Positions 1-13,443 of a stretch of DNA of 64,000 bases are shown here, piece after piece (within the stretch, counting starts at the first letter, position 1; the number at the start of each line of letters is the position of its first letter). The DNA is from Octopus vulgaris (Eukaryota): assembly GCA_951406725.2 (NCBI GenBank), contig OX597818.1, positions 143,034,001-143,098,000 on the forward strand. The letters are read 5' to 3'. A program made the translations under genes and the position numbers. A model generated the notes under the pieces. That model worked only from the letters and a program-made list of their open reading frames with translations. It searched no databases and was not told where the DNA came from.

Positions 1-75
<75 letters not shown>

Positions 76-104
76 GTGTGCGTGTGTGCGCCTCCGCACG
101 TATG

Positions 105-400
105 AAGGCGCGTGGTCTAATGGTTAGAGTGTTGCACTTAAGATCACTATATCGTGGATTCGATTCTCGGACTGAGCACCACGTTGTGTTCTTGAACAAG
201 ACACTTCATTTCACGTTGTTCCAATCCGCTTAGCTCTAAACAGGCAACCCTGCGACGGGCTAAACCTTCCGATCGGGAGGAATGTTGGCTTGCTCGACTA
301 GCCAGCGGGATGATATCATTCGAAAGCTAGAAGCAATGCATTGTGACCAGCTATGTAGAGCAGTATCCGATAGTCTGCTCGATCACATGATTACGTACAT
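105..400 (+). mobile_element. tRNA-derived SINE, diverged
   Basis: head GGCGCGTGGTCTAATGGTTAGAG (A box) and GGATTCGATTCT (B box); ends in (CA)n; boundaries approximate. Confidence 0.7.
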
Positions 401-440
401 ACATTCACACACACACACACACACACACATACACACACAC

Positions 441-485
<45 letters not shown>

Positions 486-527
486 TACACACGTGCGCGC
501 GCACACACACAAACAAACAAACATACG

Positions 528-574
<47 letters not shown>

Positions 575-625
575 TGATATATATATATATATTTAAATAT
601 GTGTGTGCACGTACGTATATAATAA

Positions 626-872
626 AAAATAAATGCGCCCTTTTTAAAGCCTAGCCAGGCTCATGGGCCCGGTTTCCCGGTTTCAATAGCGCATGTGTTT
701 CCCAGCTGGACGGGACGCCAGTCCATCGCAGCGTTACTCATTTTTGCCAGCTAAGTGGACTGGAGCAACGTGAAATGAAGTGTTTTGCTCAAGAACACAA
801 CGACTCACCCGGTCCAGGAATCGAAACCACAATCTTACGATCATGATGCTGACTAAGTCACGCACCTCCACC
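626..872 (-). mobile_element. tRNA-derived SINE
   Basis: minus-strand head GAGGTGCGTGACTTAGT...GGTTTCGATTCC; body shares motifs with the elements at 105-400 and 16040-16150. Confidence 0.7.
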
Positions 873-1130
873 ACGTACTTATATACAGTACTGGAGTTTG
901 GCACATGCTAAACAAGCAGAAGCTTGCTAGGCTTAATCTGCAGAGGACTCAAAATAATCAAAATGCATTTGTGATTTCGAATTTTTGTGAGATCTTTTAG
1001 TGTAAAACTTTAATCAAAGGAGTGCAAGCTTGACACAGCTTATCCCCTTCACTAAGTCTAAGTCCGGCACTTTTTGAAATAGAATTGATCTCAGTAAGTT
1101 ATCAGATTGATATCCTATTTTTAATTCCAG

Positions 1131-1198
1131 CTCTGTGTTTGGGCGTCTTGTGTTTGGCAGCAACAGTCGGTGCCTCGAAACTTGGTGGAATCCTTCAA
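1131..1198 (+). CDS. SLC5 sodium:solute symporter, internal exon (xLCLGVLCLAATVGASKLGGILQ)
   Basis: ttccAG acceptor and GTAAGT donor; 68 nt (phase 1 to 0); LGGILQ continues in frame into the next exon AALALYG as in SLC5A6/8/12. Confidence 0.8.
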
Positions 1199-2442
1199 GT
1201 AAGTAACACTGCATTCTAAATTATTTCCACAATATTTATTTCTCATAAAAGTACAAAGTTTTAAATTTGAGGAAAATGAGTATTCGATTATTTTTACCTC
1301 AGTTCTTGACTGGTACTTTATTTTATGGTCTTCGAATGATGAAAGGCAACTTGACCTCCGTGGGATTTGAACTCAAAACATAAAGAAAAGAATTGAGACA
1401 AATACGATACAGCATTTTGTACGACGTTCTTACGGTTCCTCCAGTAAATAATATTGGTTTCAAATTTTGGCACAAAGCCAGCAAGTTGGAGGGAGAGATT
1501 AAGTCGATTACATCGACTCCAGTGTTCAACTGGTATTTATTTTATCGACCCCGAAAGGACGAAAGGTAAAGTCGACCTCGGTGGAATTTGACCCCAGAAC
1601 GTATAGGCATGCTTATCATTCTGTCAGCTCATCATCTTTTACCAGTAAAAATTTTTGCGAGATGTAGAGATGTGGATTCGTCGACACGGTAGTGCCGGAT
1701 AGAATATTTAACGGCATTTATTTGCAATTCATAATTTTCTGATTTTGGATCCCGCCGGGGTCAGATTTGCCTTTCATCTTTCTAGGATCGACAAGTCTAA
1801 ATGTGAGACTGTGCTTTTCTTGGAAAAGTAAGAATTGTTAAAAGCAGAGATTAAAAACCATTTGTGGTACGATTATAACAATGGCTTTCTGGACATTTAG
1901 GGTCCGGAATCTCTTATAATCTGCACTAATTTCCGCAGTCGCCAGACTAGTACTGATACCTCACACAGACTTAATATAATTTATACTAATGAATAGGTAC
2001 CTGCACTTTATTTAAGTAAATTTATTATTTGTTTAATTTCGAGTGTGTTACCGAGGTAACCACCACTGGTTCGGAAAAATCCGCAATACGGAATGACTTG
2101 AAACTAACGGTTCCGGAAATTCGATGTTGTGTTTGTACTACAATTATAGAACTTAATCTAGTGATCGTTTGGAGAATAATATCATGTTTTACTTATGTAA
2201 AGGTTACAGAACAGTTTCTCTTAAATTTCTGTGAACAATAGCATCGTTGGGAACGGGTTTCCAGCAGGCTTGACGGCATTTATGATGGTGAAAATGACAG
2301 GGGATTACCTTTGCATTTCGAGCGGAACAAATGTTAAGAGAGGTGTTTGTTCGAAAGCACTTGTCTTGATCTTCTCGTAAATGCTTACATATTTTTCCGG
2401 CGTGCGCGCGCTCGAGCACAGACACAGACACAGACACAAACA

Positions 2443-2501
<59 letters not shown>

Positions 2502-2982
2502 GGAGAATCATGTGCCTTGTTTATAAAGGCACAATGAAACATCTGACACGAATCCACGTCCCCCATAAGCTATCCATTCAGCAGTCAGTTTGTCTCAGTG
2601 AATGAGAAATATTTATTGAATTATATCTGTTGTGCAAGTAATTTGAATGATCGCATTGAGACCAGCTCACCGGCTGGTTGAGTACACGTGTGCTCATCAG
2701 TGCGCGTGCGTGTGTGTTTGTGTGGATGTTCGGTTGTGTGTGTATTTATGTACGTGAGGATGTACTTTCCAGCTGTCGATAGAAAAAATATGTTCATGTT
2801 CAGGAACTTTTTAATATTTATCCTGTTTAGACAGCATCCGTGAAACTTTATGCTTCAGAGCCTCTGAAACAGGTGGAAGGATGCGAGAAGTTATCTCAAA
2901 TCGGAGACCATACCTGAATACTTGCAACAGAATGTTGTCACTAAAGGCAGTGATATTAACAGGAATTATAGATTCGGAGTAT

Positions 2983-3376
2983 GGGATGGATGGAAGCACT
3001 CCGTCGGTTACGACGATGAGGGTTCCGGTTGATCCGAATCAACGGAACAGCCTGCTCGTGAAATTAACGTGTAAGTGGCTGAGCACTCCACAGACACGTG
3101 TACCCTTAACGTAGTTCTCGGGGATATTCAGCGTGACACAGAGAGTGACAAGGCCGGCCCTTTGAAATACAGGTACAACAGAAACAGGAAGTAAGAGTTA
3201 GAGAAAGTTGTGGTGAAAGAGTACAGCAGGGATCACCACCATCCCCTGCCGGAGCCTCGTGGAGCTTTTAGGTGTTTTCGCTCAATAAACACTCACAACG
3301 CCCGGTCTGGGAATCGAAACCGCGATCCTATGACCGTGAGTCCGCTGCCCTAACCACTGGGCCATTGCGCCTCCAC
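2983..3376 (-). mobile_element. Young tRNA-SINE (family 1) with 14-bp TSD
   Basis: head GTGGAGGCGCAATGGCCCAGTGGTTAGG; TSD TAGATTCGGAGTAT at 2969-2982 and 3377-3390; near-identical copies at 18320 and 23624. Confidence 0.92.
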
Positions 3377-3634
3377 TAGATTCGGAGTATAGTGTAAACA
3401 TTCGAATATCATCTTTGTGTTTCCAAATCCTACCACATTTCACATGGCATTTTTGGTTCTCGAACGTCGTCTTAGTGTAGAAGCTGACCTACGTCTTCGG
3501 GGACTAAATTTTTGATCAGAAAAATTTGATTTGCATGTCGGAAAGTACTGTAAGTCTGCTTACTACCTATGAACTCAGAATGCGAAGAGTAAGGACGAAT
3601 AACAGAAGACATCTCGTCCGTCACTCAATTCCAC

Positions 3635-4724
3635 TGTAGAACGACCGTGCGAAAGGAGATGTGACGAATGAACGCTCCTTTGATACACCGCACGGTCGCT
3701 AACAATAAAAGCTAACAATGGAAAAAATGAAAAAGAGCGCCAGGAGGAAAAAAGAAAGATGACACAACCGTAGAATGTTAAGAGAAAGGCTTTATTTAGA
3801 CGTTAGCAGAGTGTGTGTCTGTGTGTGCGTCGTAAGTACATATATAATAAGAACAATAATAGACAGGCCGTCAAGCATACAGTAATGTGTATGTGCGTAC
3901 AAACAAGGGTGTATGCGTGTGAGACAAAATACAGAGCAATAGAAAGAGTCTATAACAGGACGCTAGAAGTTCAGACACAATGAAGACAAACACCAGTTCG
4001 TAGTAAGGTACACAATAGTTGAAGTTCTGTAACAAGAAGTTGTGGCTACAATGGCAGAGCCGGTTGAATCACGTGACGTGTAAGAGGTTGTGGCTACTAT
4101 GCTGTGCCGGTTACTTGATACAGGAAATTCCCTCAAGTTGAGCTTACTGTTAACCATGGTGAAGTATTCACAAACAGTGAGAAGTTAAACCAAAGCGAGT
4201 TGCTGTGTACGTAGAGCTGTTGTTGGCGTCGATAAGATGAAGGCGACGGAGATGGAGGCGACGTTAAGATGAAGGCGACGTTAAGATGAAAGCGACGAAG
4301 GTGGAGGTCCGGAATACGCTGCTGTACGAACGAGTTGATTCTCCAAGTTGTTGCTGATGTAGTCGCTGGAACTGGCTGTCTGTCGCTGGAACAGGCTATG
4401 TCGCTGGAACGGGTTGTGGTCAGTGGTCTAGAACCAAAGACGCTCGACTCGATGAATCACTGTGTTTTATAGCAAATTATAGGCTCAAACGGAGCCTATA
4501 ATTTACCTTTAGAAAACTGAGTCACGGGACCTTATCAGAAGGCTGCGATTGGTTGGGTTGCACATTGGCGCGTAATAGAGTAAGAGACAAACTGCGCCAA
4601 AACCAACCAATCAGAGTAGTGGACACAACAGGGTCCAAGCGGCCGAAAGTTAGTTGTTATCTGCTACGTCCATATTTATGTTATATATGTCAGAGAGAGA
4701 GAATTTCACTGAGCGTACGCTACA
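3635..4724 (-). mobile_element. Solo LTR (~1.09 kb), Gypsy-like
   Basis: termini TGTAG...CTACA; 4-bp TSD CCAC at 3631-3634 and 4725-4728; CCAAT (~4550), TATAAAA (~4468) and AATAAA (~3794) in order on the minus strand. Confidence 0.75.
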
Positions 4725-5446
4725 CCACTAATCCAACGTTGTGGACTGGTGCTTTATTTTACCAATCTCTGACGGATGAACGTTGTGATGGCCAATTGGT
4801 TAAGAAGGTCGATTCGCAATCATGTAGTCCTGAGTTTTTAACTTAATATTCTGCACGCTCTTATTTATAGCTTTATCTACTTCGATTTCCACCGTTAAAC
4901 ATAATTTACTTCATATTTCTAGAAGTTTCTAAACTCTTGGTAGAGCAAAGCTTTTGAATGGGCGGAGAAAGTTGGAAGTGTCGCTTTGGTATAATGGCTA
5001 GCAGTCTGTCATATTCACAGATGTCACTTCGAGTCCCATTGGAAACCTTCGACTCTACACCCTATAATCTAATAGCTTTATCTGCTTCGAGTTCCACCGT
5101 TAAAAATAATTAACTACATATCTCTCGAAGTTTTTAAATTCTTATAATTAAAAAGAAAATATTTTCAATCGGCAGCAGCTAATTGTGCGAGTGCACACAC
5201 GCACCCCCCCCACACACACACACACCACACGCAATTATATAGGCCCTGGGCACATCATTGGTCAAGTTTTTTTTTTGCTGACCGGTGACACAATCTCCTA
5301 CTGGTATAATTCCGACTATTCATCCCAAACAACGTTCCTTATGGCGCCACTTTGACATTTGCCACCCTCAAGGAGACACTGCTAGCTAAATTAAGAACCA
5401 CTGCACTACATAAATGTATTACCGTATAAAGTTTTACTCTATGTAA

Positions 5447-5828
5447 TCTCTCTCTATATAAACGGCAGTTTGTCTGTCTGCGTGTCTGTGTGTCTGTTAG
5501 GTTGTACCCTCACCCTGACCACGGCTTTCAACCGATTCTGATGAAACTTGACACACACATAGCCCAATGTCATAATTCAAAACTAACGCAGCGAAAATTT
5601 TGAAAAGTTCCCCCAGTTCTGAAAAAAATCGATAAATTCGACATGGGGTCGAGAATCAGAAACAAACCACAGACTGTCTAGGGGACGCAACTCGACCTTT
5701 TTAACTCTCAAAAAAAATTTACCATAATTTTTTTTCCATTTTTTTGCTACTTTTTGGCTATAACTCTCTAAAAATGCTTTATTGTTATTTCCCTTACAAA
5801 CCCGAGCAACGCCGGGCGATACTGCTAG
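5447..5828 (+). mobile_element. Non-autonomous Helitron
   Basis: A|TC start, CTAG|T end, subterminal hairpin CCCGAGCAACGCCGGG, no TSD. Confidence 0.8.
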
Positions 5829-5863
5829 TATAACATAAATAACATAGAATTTTGCCGTTGCAG

Positions 5864-5950
5864 GCGGCATTGGCTCTTTATGGTTGTTTATCATCACCAA
5901 TGCTCGGACTATTTACTCTTGGAATGATCTTTCCGTGGGCAAATGCTTGG
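5864..5950 (+). CDS. SLC5 symporter exon (AALALYGCLSSPMLGLFTLGMIFPWANAW)
   Basis: ttgcAG and GTAAGT; 87 nt; matches the family motif P-LGLF-LG--FPWAN of SMCT/SMVT/NIS. Confidence 0.92.
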
Positions 5951-5983
5951 GTAAGTATTTAAGCAATTACATAATTTACTTTA

Positions 5984-6384
5984 GGATCTTTTCGGTTTGA
6001 ACGGCAGTTTTTTCTAGCGGTGTCATATGAAATTGTCACCCATAATTATGACCCAAGTATCGATCTATTGCATTTCAGTTTGTTTTAGGGTTAGGGGTGG
6101 GGGAAGGGTATCTTTTTTCCTTCACAAATGTAAATAAACCCAATCTGTTTCTTAAACGAGGGACATATTCATACGGCACAGAATGTTTTTTTACCTCAAT
6201 TGGTTGAAATTGCAGAAATTGAATAAAAAAAACAACAACAAATATCTTACAAACTATAGAATTTTCTCAATAAAGCCAAGAGAAAAAGATGTTTTATAAA
6301 CTCATTCTACCAGTATACGAAGTTTAAAATTTTTTAGTTACCTAGAAATTATGTTAAAAGCTGCCGTTCAAACCTAAAAGATCC
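5984..6384. mobile_element. MITE with ~24-bp TIR GGATCTTTTCGGTTTGAACGGCAG
   Basis: inverted termini; flanks TTTACTTTA/TTTACTCTA (9 bp, 1 mismatch); second copy inverted at 11863-12328. Confidence 0.88.
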
Positions 6385-6821
6385 TTTACTCTATTCTGTC
6401 TTGTTAACGTTCATGTTTTTTTCTCGCAATCTAAACGTCATCTACACGTTTACCTCTACATGTCTATGCATCTATTTCTACATGTCTTGGTATCTAGGTC
6501 TTTGTCTTTATACGGACTAATCTCTCACCCCTCTTGTCTTCTCCCACCTCTCTCTCCATAGGCACCTGTGTCTGAGACTCTGTCTACACATATATTGTTG
6601 TCTATATTTCTCTGTCAACGTATGTACCTCTTTTCACGTCTCTCTGTCAATAAATGTGCTAGTGTTTATATCTCTGTGTGTATATGACCACTCGTGTCCA
6701 TGTCTTCCTCTTTCTGAATATGTATTGGTGACTATGTCTCTGTCTACATGTGTACTTGTGTATAAGATTTATATATCTAATTGTATGGTCTGGCTTTACA
6801 TTTTGCAATACATATTTATAG

Positions 6822-7006
6822 GGAGCTCTCGCCGGTATCTTATCTAGTATTTCTATAATGACTTGGATCTCAGTCGGCCATTACAGTTCGAAAGTCAGAG
6901 CATACATGCCACCAGTCAGCGTTGCGGGATGTGGAATCAATATTACAACTTTAGCTGAAAATGTCACAATAGTGAATAAATCCGTATTGCCAGAATTTGT
7001 TTATCC
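6822..7006 (+). CDS. SLC5 symporter exon (GALAGILSSISIMTWISVGHY...GCGINITTLAENVTIVNKSVLPEFVY)
   Basis: tatAG and GTAAGT; 185 nt, open in frame; TM segment followed by a loop with N-glycosylation sequons (NIT, NVT, NKS). Confidence 0.88.
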
Positions 7007-7083
7007 GTAAGTACTGATGATTTTCTTTCTTAAAAAATCTTTGATATTTTTCTGCCACAGACTACATACGTAATGCTATAATT

Positions 7084-7173
7084 GTGGAGTCGCAATGGCC
7101 CAGTGGTTAGGGCAGCGGACTCGCGGTTATAGGATCGCGGTTTCGATTCCCAGACCGGGCGTTGTGAGTGGTT
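7084..7173 (+). mobile_element. 5' fragment of SINE family 1
   Basis: same tRNA-like head as 2983-3376. Confidence 0.8.
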
Positions 7174-7471
7174 TCATTCCAGAGGTGGAGAACTAACTCT
7201 GATAATCATCACAGATGACTGGAAAGAAATAGTATATTGCTAGCTTGCTAGATAGATAGATACAGACAGGCTGAAAAGAACAAGATAACTGACATGCTTA
7301 GAACCACAAATTTATTTTTTGCTAGGCGACCCTTACCAAATACACCATAGAACAACTATCATTTGGTAGCGGTAGATAGGAAGGTTTGCGTTGGATTGAT
7401 ACACTTCGTTGTTCGTTTTGGTCTCAGATTGGTTCTGATGATAATGTTAAGTTTGATTTTAAACTGGATAC

Positions 7472-7701
7472 CTTTACTCTTTACTCTTTTACTTGTTTCA
7501 GTCATTTGACTGCGGCCATGCTGGAGCACTGCCTTTAATCGAGCAACTCGACCCCGGGACTTATTCTTTTGTAAGCCCAGTACTTATTCTATCGGTCTCT
7601 TTTGCCGAACTGCTAAGTGACGGGGACATAAACACACCAGCATCGGTTGTCAAGCAATGCTAGGGGGACAAACACAGACACACACACACGCATATATATA
7701 T

Positions 7702-7790
<89 letters not shown>

Positions 7791-7961
7791 CATATATTCG
7801 ACGGCCTTCTTTCAGTTTCCGTCTACCAAATCCACTCACAAGGCTTTGGTTGGCCCGAGGCTATAGTAGAAGACACTTGCCCAAGGTGCCACGCAGTGAG
7901 ACTGAACCCGGAACCATGTGGTTGGTTAGCAAGCTACTTACCACACAGCCACTCCTGCGCC
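7472..7961 (-). mobile_element. tRNA-SINE family 2 with internal (TA)n/(CA)n
   Basis: head GGAGTGGCTGTGTGGTAAG...GGTTCAGTC and (GAGTAAAA)-type tail; related copies at 10271, 17518, 20070 and 27825. Confidence 0.88.
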
Positions 7962-8059
7962 TTTGCGCTTAATTGATTTATAACAATAACAATGTTTTAT
8001 GCTAATATGTAATGTTGTAATAGTTGAAATGAATAAACATTTTATTCCTTTATTTACAG

Positions 8060-8160
8060 AACTGGTATGGAGGGACTATACAGCGTATCGTATCTTTGGT
8101 ATAACGTAATGGCTTTCGCTATTGTTATACTTGTGGGCCTTGCTGTCAGTTTTGCAACCG
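8060..8160 (+). CDS. SLC5 symporter exon (TGMEGLYSVSYLWYNVMAFAIVILVGLAVSFAT)
   Basis: tacAG and GTAAG; 101 nt with compatible phase; LY-VSYLWY...VGL-VS--TG is the last-TM motif of SLC5A6/8/12. Confidence 0.92.
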
Positions 8161-9850
8161 GTAAGTGTGATAGGGTGTTGGGAAAAGTATGTTTGTTAAT
8201 TTGTCTGTATGTGTTATATAAGCAAGTTGAGGTGCTTCTAAACCTTTCTGAAGTGATGCAGAGTGCAATAAACTCCGAACCCTTCACCTGCAATTTTATA
8301 CTCTTGAACCAGAAGAGATTTTTAATATAGTGGAGAAATACATTAGTTATGTAGCGAATCTTGCGTGTATGAAGTGGATTCGATCCACCACAGCCAAATT
8401 CAAATTAACACAGCAACAGAACAATGGCTTTTCTCTGACAGCAGTTTTACATTTTCCAGATGCCTTTAGCTAGGCCGAAATAATGTCTTCATCACTTGAC
8501 CCTTTCTAACCTCTTCTACTTCACCAAAAGCTAGAATAGATAACAAGACCACCAACTAAATCTATTGTTCTCAATGGTATGTCTATCCTTCTGGATAGTT
8601 ATATAAGCAAGCATACCACAAGCAAAAATCAGTCACTGCGGTAACAACTCAGTGAGAACGAAGTCTGGCTGACCAGCTTTTCTAATGTAGTGGAGAAATA
8701 CATTAATTATATCAACTCCGAAGAGTTGTAAAGAAAACTCAACGTTGACGGGATTTGAGCTTAGGACGTAGAGAAGCGTAACTCAATATGTTCTGATATT
8801 CTGTCCGCCTCTCTACCGAATCTATTTGTACATCATCATCCAGTGTCGATCGATCATTTAGAGGCTTTCTCATTTACTCGTGAGACAATGCGTATTATCG
8901 GTGGTACTGTTCTTGAGGTATTACAGTATCAAATTTGGTACATTGTAATTACTGTATCAAATTGAATCATTTCTGTACACCTGCCGAATGTAAGAAGGCC
9001 AAACGTTAGAAGGCCGAACGTGTGATGTCCAAATTTCAGATAATTGAACAGTCAGAATACTGAAAGCTTGAAAGACTGAAAACTCAAAATATCGAATTCA
9101 TCGAAAGATCTAAATATCAAATTTTGAAATATTTTAGCGAAAAGTAAGAAAATCACCCTTAAACGACATTTATTTACAGTTTATATCAATATGTCCGTGG
9201 CTTTCGATTGGCTAAAATTACCCAAAATTTGCAAATTTTAAAAGCTATTCCCTTTTTATTTATTGATTTATGGCAAAAATGAATTCCATGTCAATGATTA
9301 CTTTACAAAACTACATCAATATTGAAGAACTTGAAAAATAATATCCAAATAGAAAAGATCCACGCTTTCTTCTTCTTTTTTTTTTTGTCCTAAAATATTT
9401 TAATGTTCAGAGTTTTAATTTCAAAATTATGGTTTTCTTTCAACTCTCGGTATTCTGGTTTTTAGGTCATCTGATATATGACTTGATTCAAACTCTTGTT
9501 TTAGTACATTCTGTTACGGCATCAAGTTTGGTTCGTGAAAGGGTTAAGTTTGGTATACTACTGTACATATTTCAAATTCAAAGTTCAGTAATATAACATG
9601 TTCATTACAAACCTGACCTGAATGCTTGCAAGGGAGTGGACTGCACTAAAAGCACCCAAGGGCAAAGCGTTGTTGCTGAAAGAAACAATAAAGGTCTGAC
9701 CCTAAAAACAGGAACAGTTCCTCCGATAGATTTCTTCACAATTACTGCGGCATGCCGAAGGAGCTGTTGTAGGAACAAATCCGGAGTCATACAGTGGAAA
9801 GATTTACAAAATTCCTTTTACTAATATTGTTTTTCTTTTATTCTTTTAAG

Positions 9851-9969
9851 GGGCCAACAATCCAGAAGATATAGATCCAAAATACATCTGTCCTATCTTT
9901 GATGTTTTTTGTCCATGCCTGCCTGAGAGAATAAGGAAGAAGCTATACTTCGGTGTGAAGCACGAAAAC
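9851..9969 (+). CDS. SLC5 symporter exon (GANNPEDIDPKYICPIFDVFCPCLPERIRKKLYFGVKHEN)
   Basis: polypyrimidine tract with taAG, GTAAGT donor; 119 nt with compatible phase; DP-YI-P motif of the cytoplasmic tail. Confidence 0.88.
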
Positions 9970-10270
9970 GTAAGTAATTCAAGTTAAATTCCATCGAGAG
10001 GTTGAAATGAACATTGATGATATGATTAAAATAATCTTAGTCTTTCAGCTGGTTTTATCTTTTCCTCACCTCATTAATATCTCTTGTTAGATTTATGATG
10101 TTCACTATATCAAATATGTAAAGTTTAACTGAACTATTACTGTTCGTGCAGATGACACCTCGGAGTAACTAACCTCAGTGATTTATTTGTTTACTCCTTA
10201 AGCTGCAGAGATCAGGTATATCCACTCAAAATTTCATTATCTTTAACTGCGGAAGGCCGTTTATATATAT

Positions 10271-10489
10271 GGAATAGCTGTGTGGTAAGTAGCTTGCTTA
10301 CCAACCACATGGTTCCGGGTTCAATCCCACTGCGTGGCACCTTGGGCAAGTGTCTTTTACTATAGCCTCGAGCCGACCAAAGCCTTGTGAGTGGATTTGG
10401 TAGACGGAAACTGAAAGAAGACCCTCGTATATATATGTGTGTATGTTCGTATGTATGTATGTATGTATGTATGTATTATGTATGTACGT

Positions 10490-10536
<47 letters not shown>

Positions 10537-10757
10537 TGTGAATATGCTTGTGTGTCCGCGTTTGTCCCCCAACATCAGTTGACAACCGATGTTGGTATGT
10601 TTACACCCCCGTAACTTAGCAGTTCTTCAAAAGATACCGATAGAATAAGTACTAGGCTTACAAAGAATAAACCCTGGGGTCAATTTGCTCAACTAAAGGC
10701 GGTGCTCTCGCATGGCCGCAATCAAATGAATGAAACAAGTAAAAGAATAAAAGAATA
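10271..10757 (+). mobile_element. tRNA-SINE family 2
   Basis: homologous to 7472-7961, with an internal microsatellite. Confidence 0.88.
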
Positions 10758-10761
10758 TATA

Positions 10762-10808
<47 letters not shown>

Positions 10809-10811
10809 ATG

Positions 10812-11043
10812 TATATAGATTTTAGAGACAAACCGCTATTTAGTTATTCCATCAATAGTGTAAAAGATATTATCTATAATAACCACATAGAAATTAATTA
10901 AATATCTTATAATTATTATTCTGAAAATTTTTTGGAATAATAATTATAAGATATTTAATTAATTTCTATGTGTTTATTATAGATAATATCTTTTCACTAT
11001 TGATGGAATAACTAAATAGCGTTTTGTCTCTAAATTCTATATA
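10812..11043. repeat. AT-rich near-perfect palindrome (~110-bp arms, ~13-nt spacer)
   Basis: 10812-10921 is the reverse complement of 10935-11043 with a few mismatches. Confidence 0.92.
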
Positions 11044-11862
11044 TATATAATATATTGTGAATTTTGATTTAGTATGCTAAATTGAAAGTTTTTCCCTATT
11101 AGGTTGGAATTATTGCATTCCCTAACTATTAATAATATATATATATAAGCAAAAATGGTAACCAGCTAGCAGAGACGTCCTCTTGGGGGTTAAAAAATCA
11201 CAGTAAAATTCGTTCGAAAGGGCAGCCATGTTGAAGTGTTGAAATGGCTACGAACATTACTTCCACTAGCAGAAAGACCGCACCGGGCGGTTTTCTGCTA
11301 GCCACTTGATAATATTTTCACATTTGATTCCCAATTCTCATAATTTTTATGATATTTTACGTCAAATTATTTCTTTGTATAATAGTCGTCACTTGCTTAG
11401 TAAATATTGCTTTCATTATTTAATCTCAGTCATAAGATCTCTTTTTTAAACAAACATTAATGTAGTCTAACTACAGAGGGGAAGCAGTTTGTCAAGTTTT
11501 ACCTTCCCCTCAAAGCAACATAGAGATTTCAATTCAGCAGCCCATCTGTAAGCTTTGCTGTATGAAGAAACATTGTCAAAGAGACTCCCTGCATTATGTT
11601 GCTGTACAATAGACAGGACAGCCTGTTCTTGAAAATTATCAAAACTGCTTTTTATTGCTAATCCTTTGACAGAATTCTTCCTAGTTGAAATTTTTTTTTC
11701 CTGTCTGTACTCTCAGTACCTTGTTTGTTGGCAGTGGTGTTTCTGTTCCTATCTCACTGGAAGTTTGGAAGGCTTCCTATTTGATACTGATTATCAATAG
11801 GCAACTGAACAGTCACAGACGGTGAAAGCTGAATCAGTGTCTTATTTTGAAGCAAAATATTC

Positions 11863-12328
11863 GGATCTTTTCGGTTTGAACGGCAGTTTTTAATATAATT
11901 TCTAGGTAACTAAAAAATTTTAAACTTCGTATACTGGTAGAATGTGTTTATAAAACATCTTTTTCTCTTGGCTTTATTGAGAAAATTCTATAGTTTGTAA
12001 GATATCTGTTGTTTTTTTCTTCAATTTCTGCAATTTCAACCAATCAGTGACGTCCATTGAGGTAAAAAAACACATTCTGTACCGTATGAATATGTCCCTC
12101 AATTAAGAAACAGATTGGGTTTATTTACATTTGTGAAGAAAAAATATACCCTTCCCCCCACCCCTAACCCTAACCCTAACCCCAACCCTAACTAACCCTA
12201 ATTAACCCTAAACAACCCTAACCCTAAAATAGATTGAAATGCAATAGATCGATACTAGGGTCATAATTATGGGTGACAATTTCATATGACACCTCTAGAA
12301 AAAACTGCCGTTCAAACCGAAAAGATCC
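11863..12328. mobile_element. MITE (same family as 5984-6384) with internal (CCCTAA)n
   Basis: same TIRs; flanks AAATATTC/GAATATTC; telomere-like repeats at ~12162-12227. Confidence 0.88.
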
Positions 12329-12880
12329 GAATATTCTCCTCTCGAGATACTCTAACCAGTCGATGATGTGTAGCAGAAACGGAACCATTTCTACGTCTAC
12401 ATGCATATTTAGACATTTGTTTCAGTCGCTTTGCTCTGGTTTTATCTGATTCAGTTGGCCGTCTTTCTTTCTGCCGTCATGGCTTTGCTGCTAAAAGTTC
12501 TCTTTCGGTCGCATATTTTTTGGACGCCCCATGTTAAATGGCAAAATTCTAACATGATATTTGTGTAATAACGAAATCAAACCTGGAGTGTGTGTGTGAG
12601 AGGGAGGGGGAGTGCGAGAGAGGGGAGTGAGATAGAGAGAGAGAAGGAGGAGTGAGAGAGAGGGGAGTGCGAGAGAGAGAGGGGGGGAGTGAGGGAGAGA
12701 AAGAGAGCATTGCAAACAATGAAGTAAACATGAGATAAAAAAAAATCGTGTAAATAAAAGCTCAATAAAAAGTGTCTTGTACCGAATATTTGAATTTTTG
12801 AACTTGAAATATTCAATAATAAAAGGAAGTTCAGAAAATACATTTTCCTGAAAACTTCAATTTATAAAAAAAATCTCAAC

Positions 12881-12931
<51 letters not shown>

Positions 12932-13443
12932 GCCTCATTTATACCTGCCTTTATGGCTTATAGGTTAAATGAGGTATGACTGCCCTCGCTGCCGAAACAG
13001 CTGTCAGATTTGATTTAATTACATATTATATTTGAAATTTTATACTTATATCTCTTTGTCTATTTACATTTACTGTATATTTTGTATAATGCCTTTACTG
13101 ATATGTAATGGTGTAATAAAGTATTGATTGGGTATCATCTGATAGTTGATGTTTTATTGATTTAAGTATGTTTCTCCATTTTCTAATTTTGTGGTATTAA
13201 TTTACGGTAATATTATTACCTTTACCCATATAATACAATAGATGAACTGATTGTTTGGCAATTTTTAACATCTATGTATTAGTCTTGTTGGGTACCTATC
13301 TAGCAGTATATTGGATATATATTATCCCATGGTGGGTTGAATTTTCAACCCCTATCTCATTTTATATATATATATATATATATTTAAGCGTATGTATCCG
13401 TCTGGCTATCGTAATACATTTACCGTTTCCCTCTCGTTTTCAG

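Noticed and set aside
282-596. HT/YI/VC/LSIY-rich ORFs here and elsewhere
   Set aside because: Translations of microsatellites
4857-5145. ~80-bp direct repeat (4857-4940 and 5065-5145)
   Set aside because: Small local duplication with no further structure
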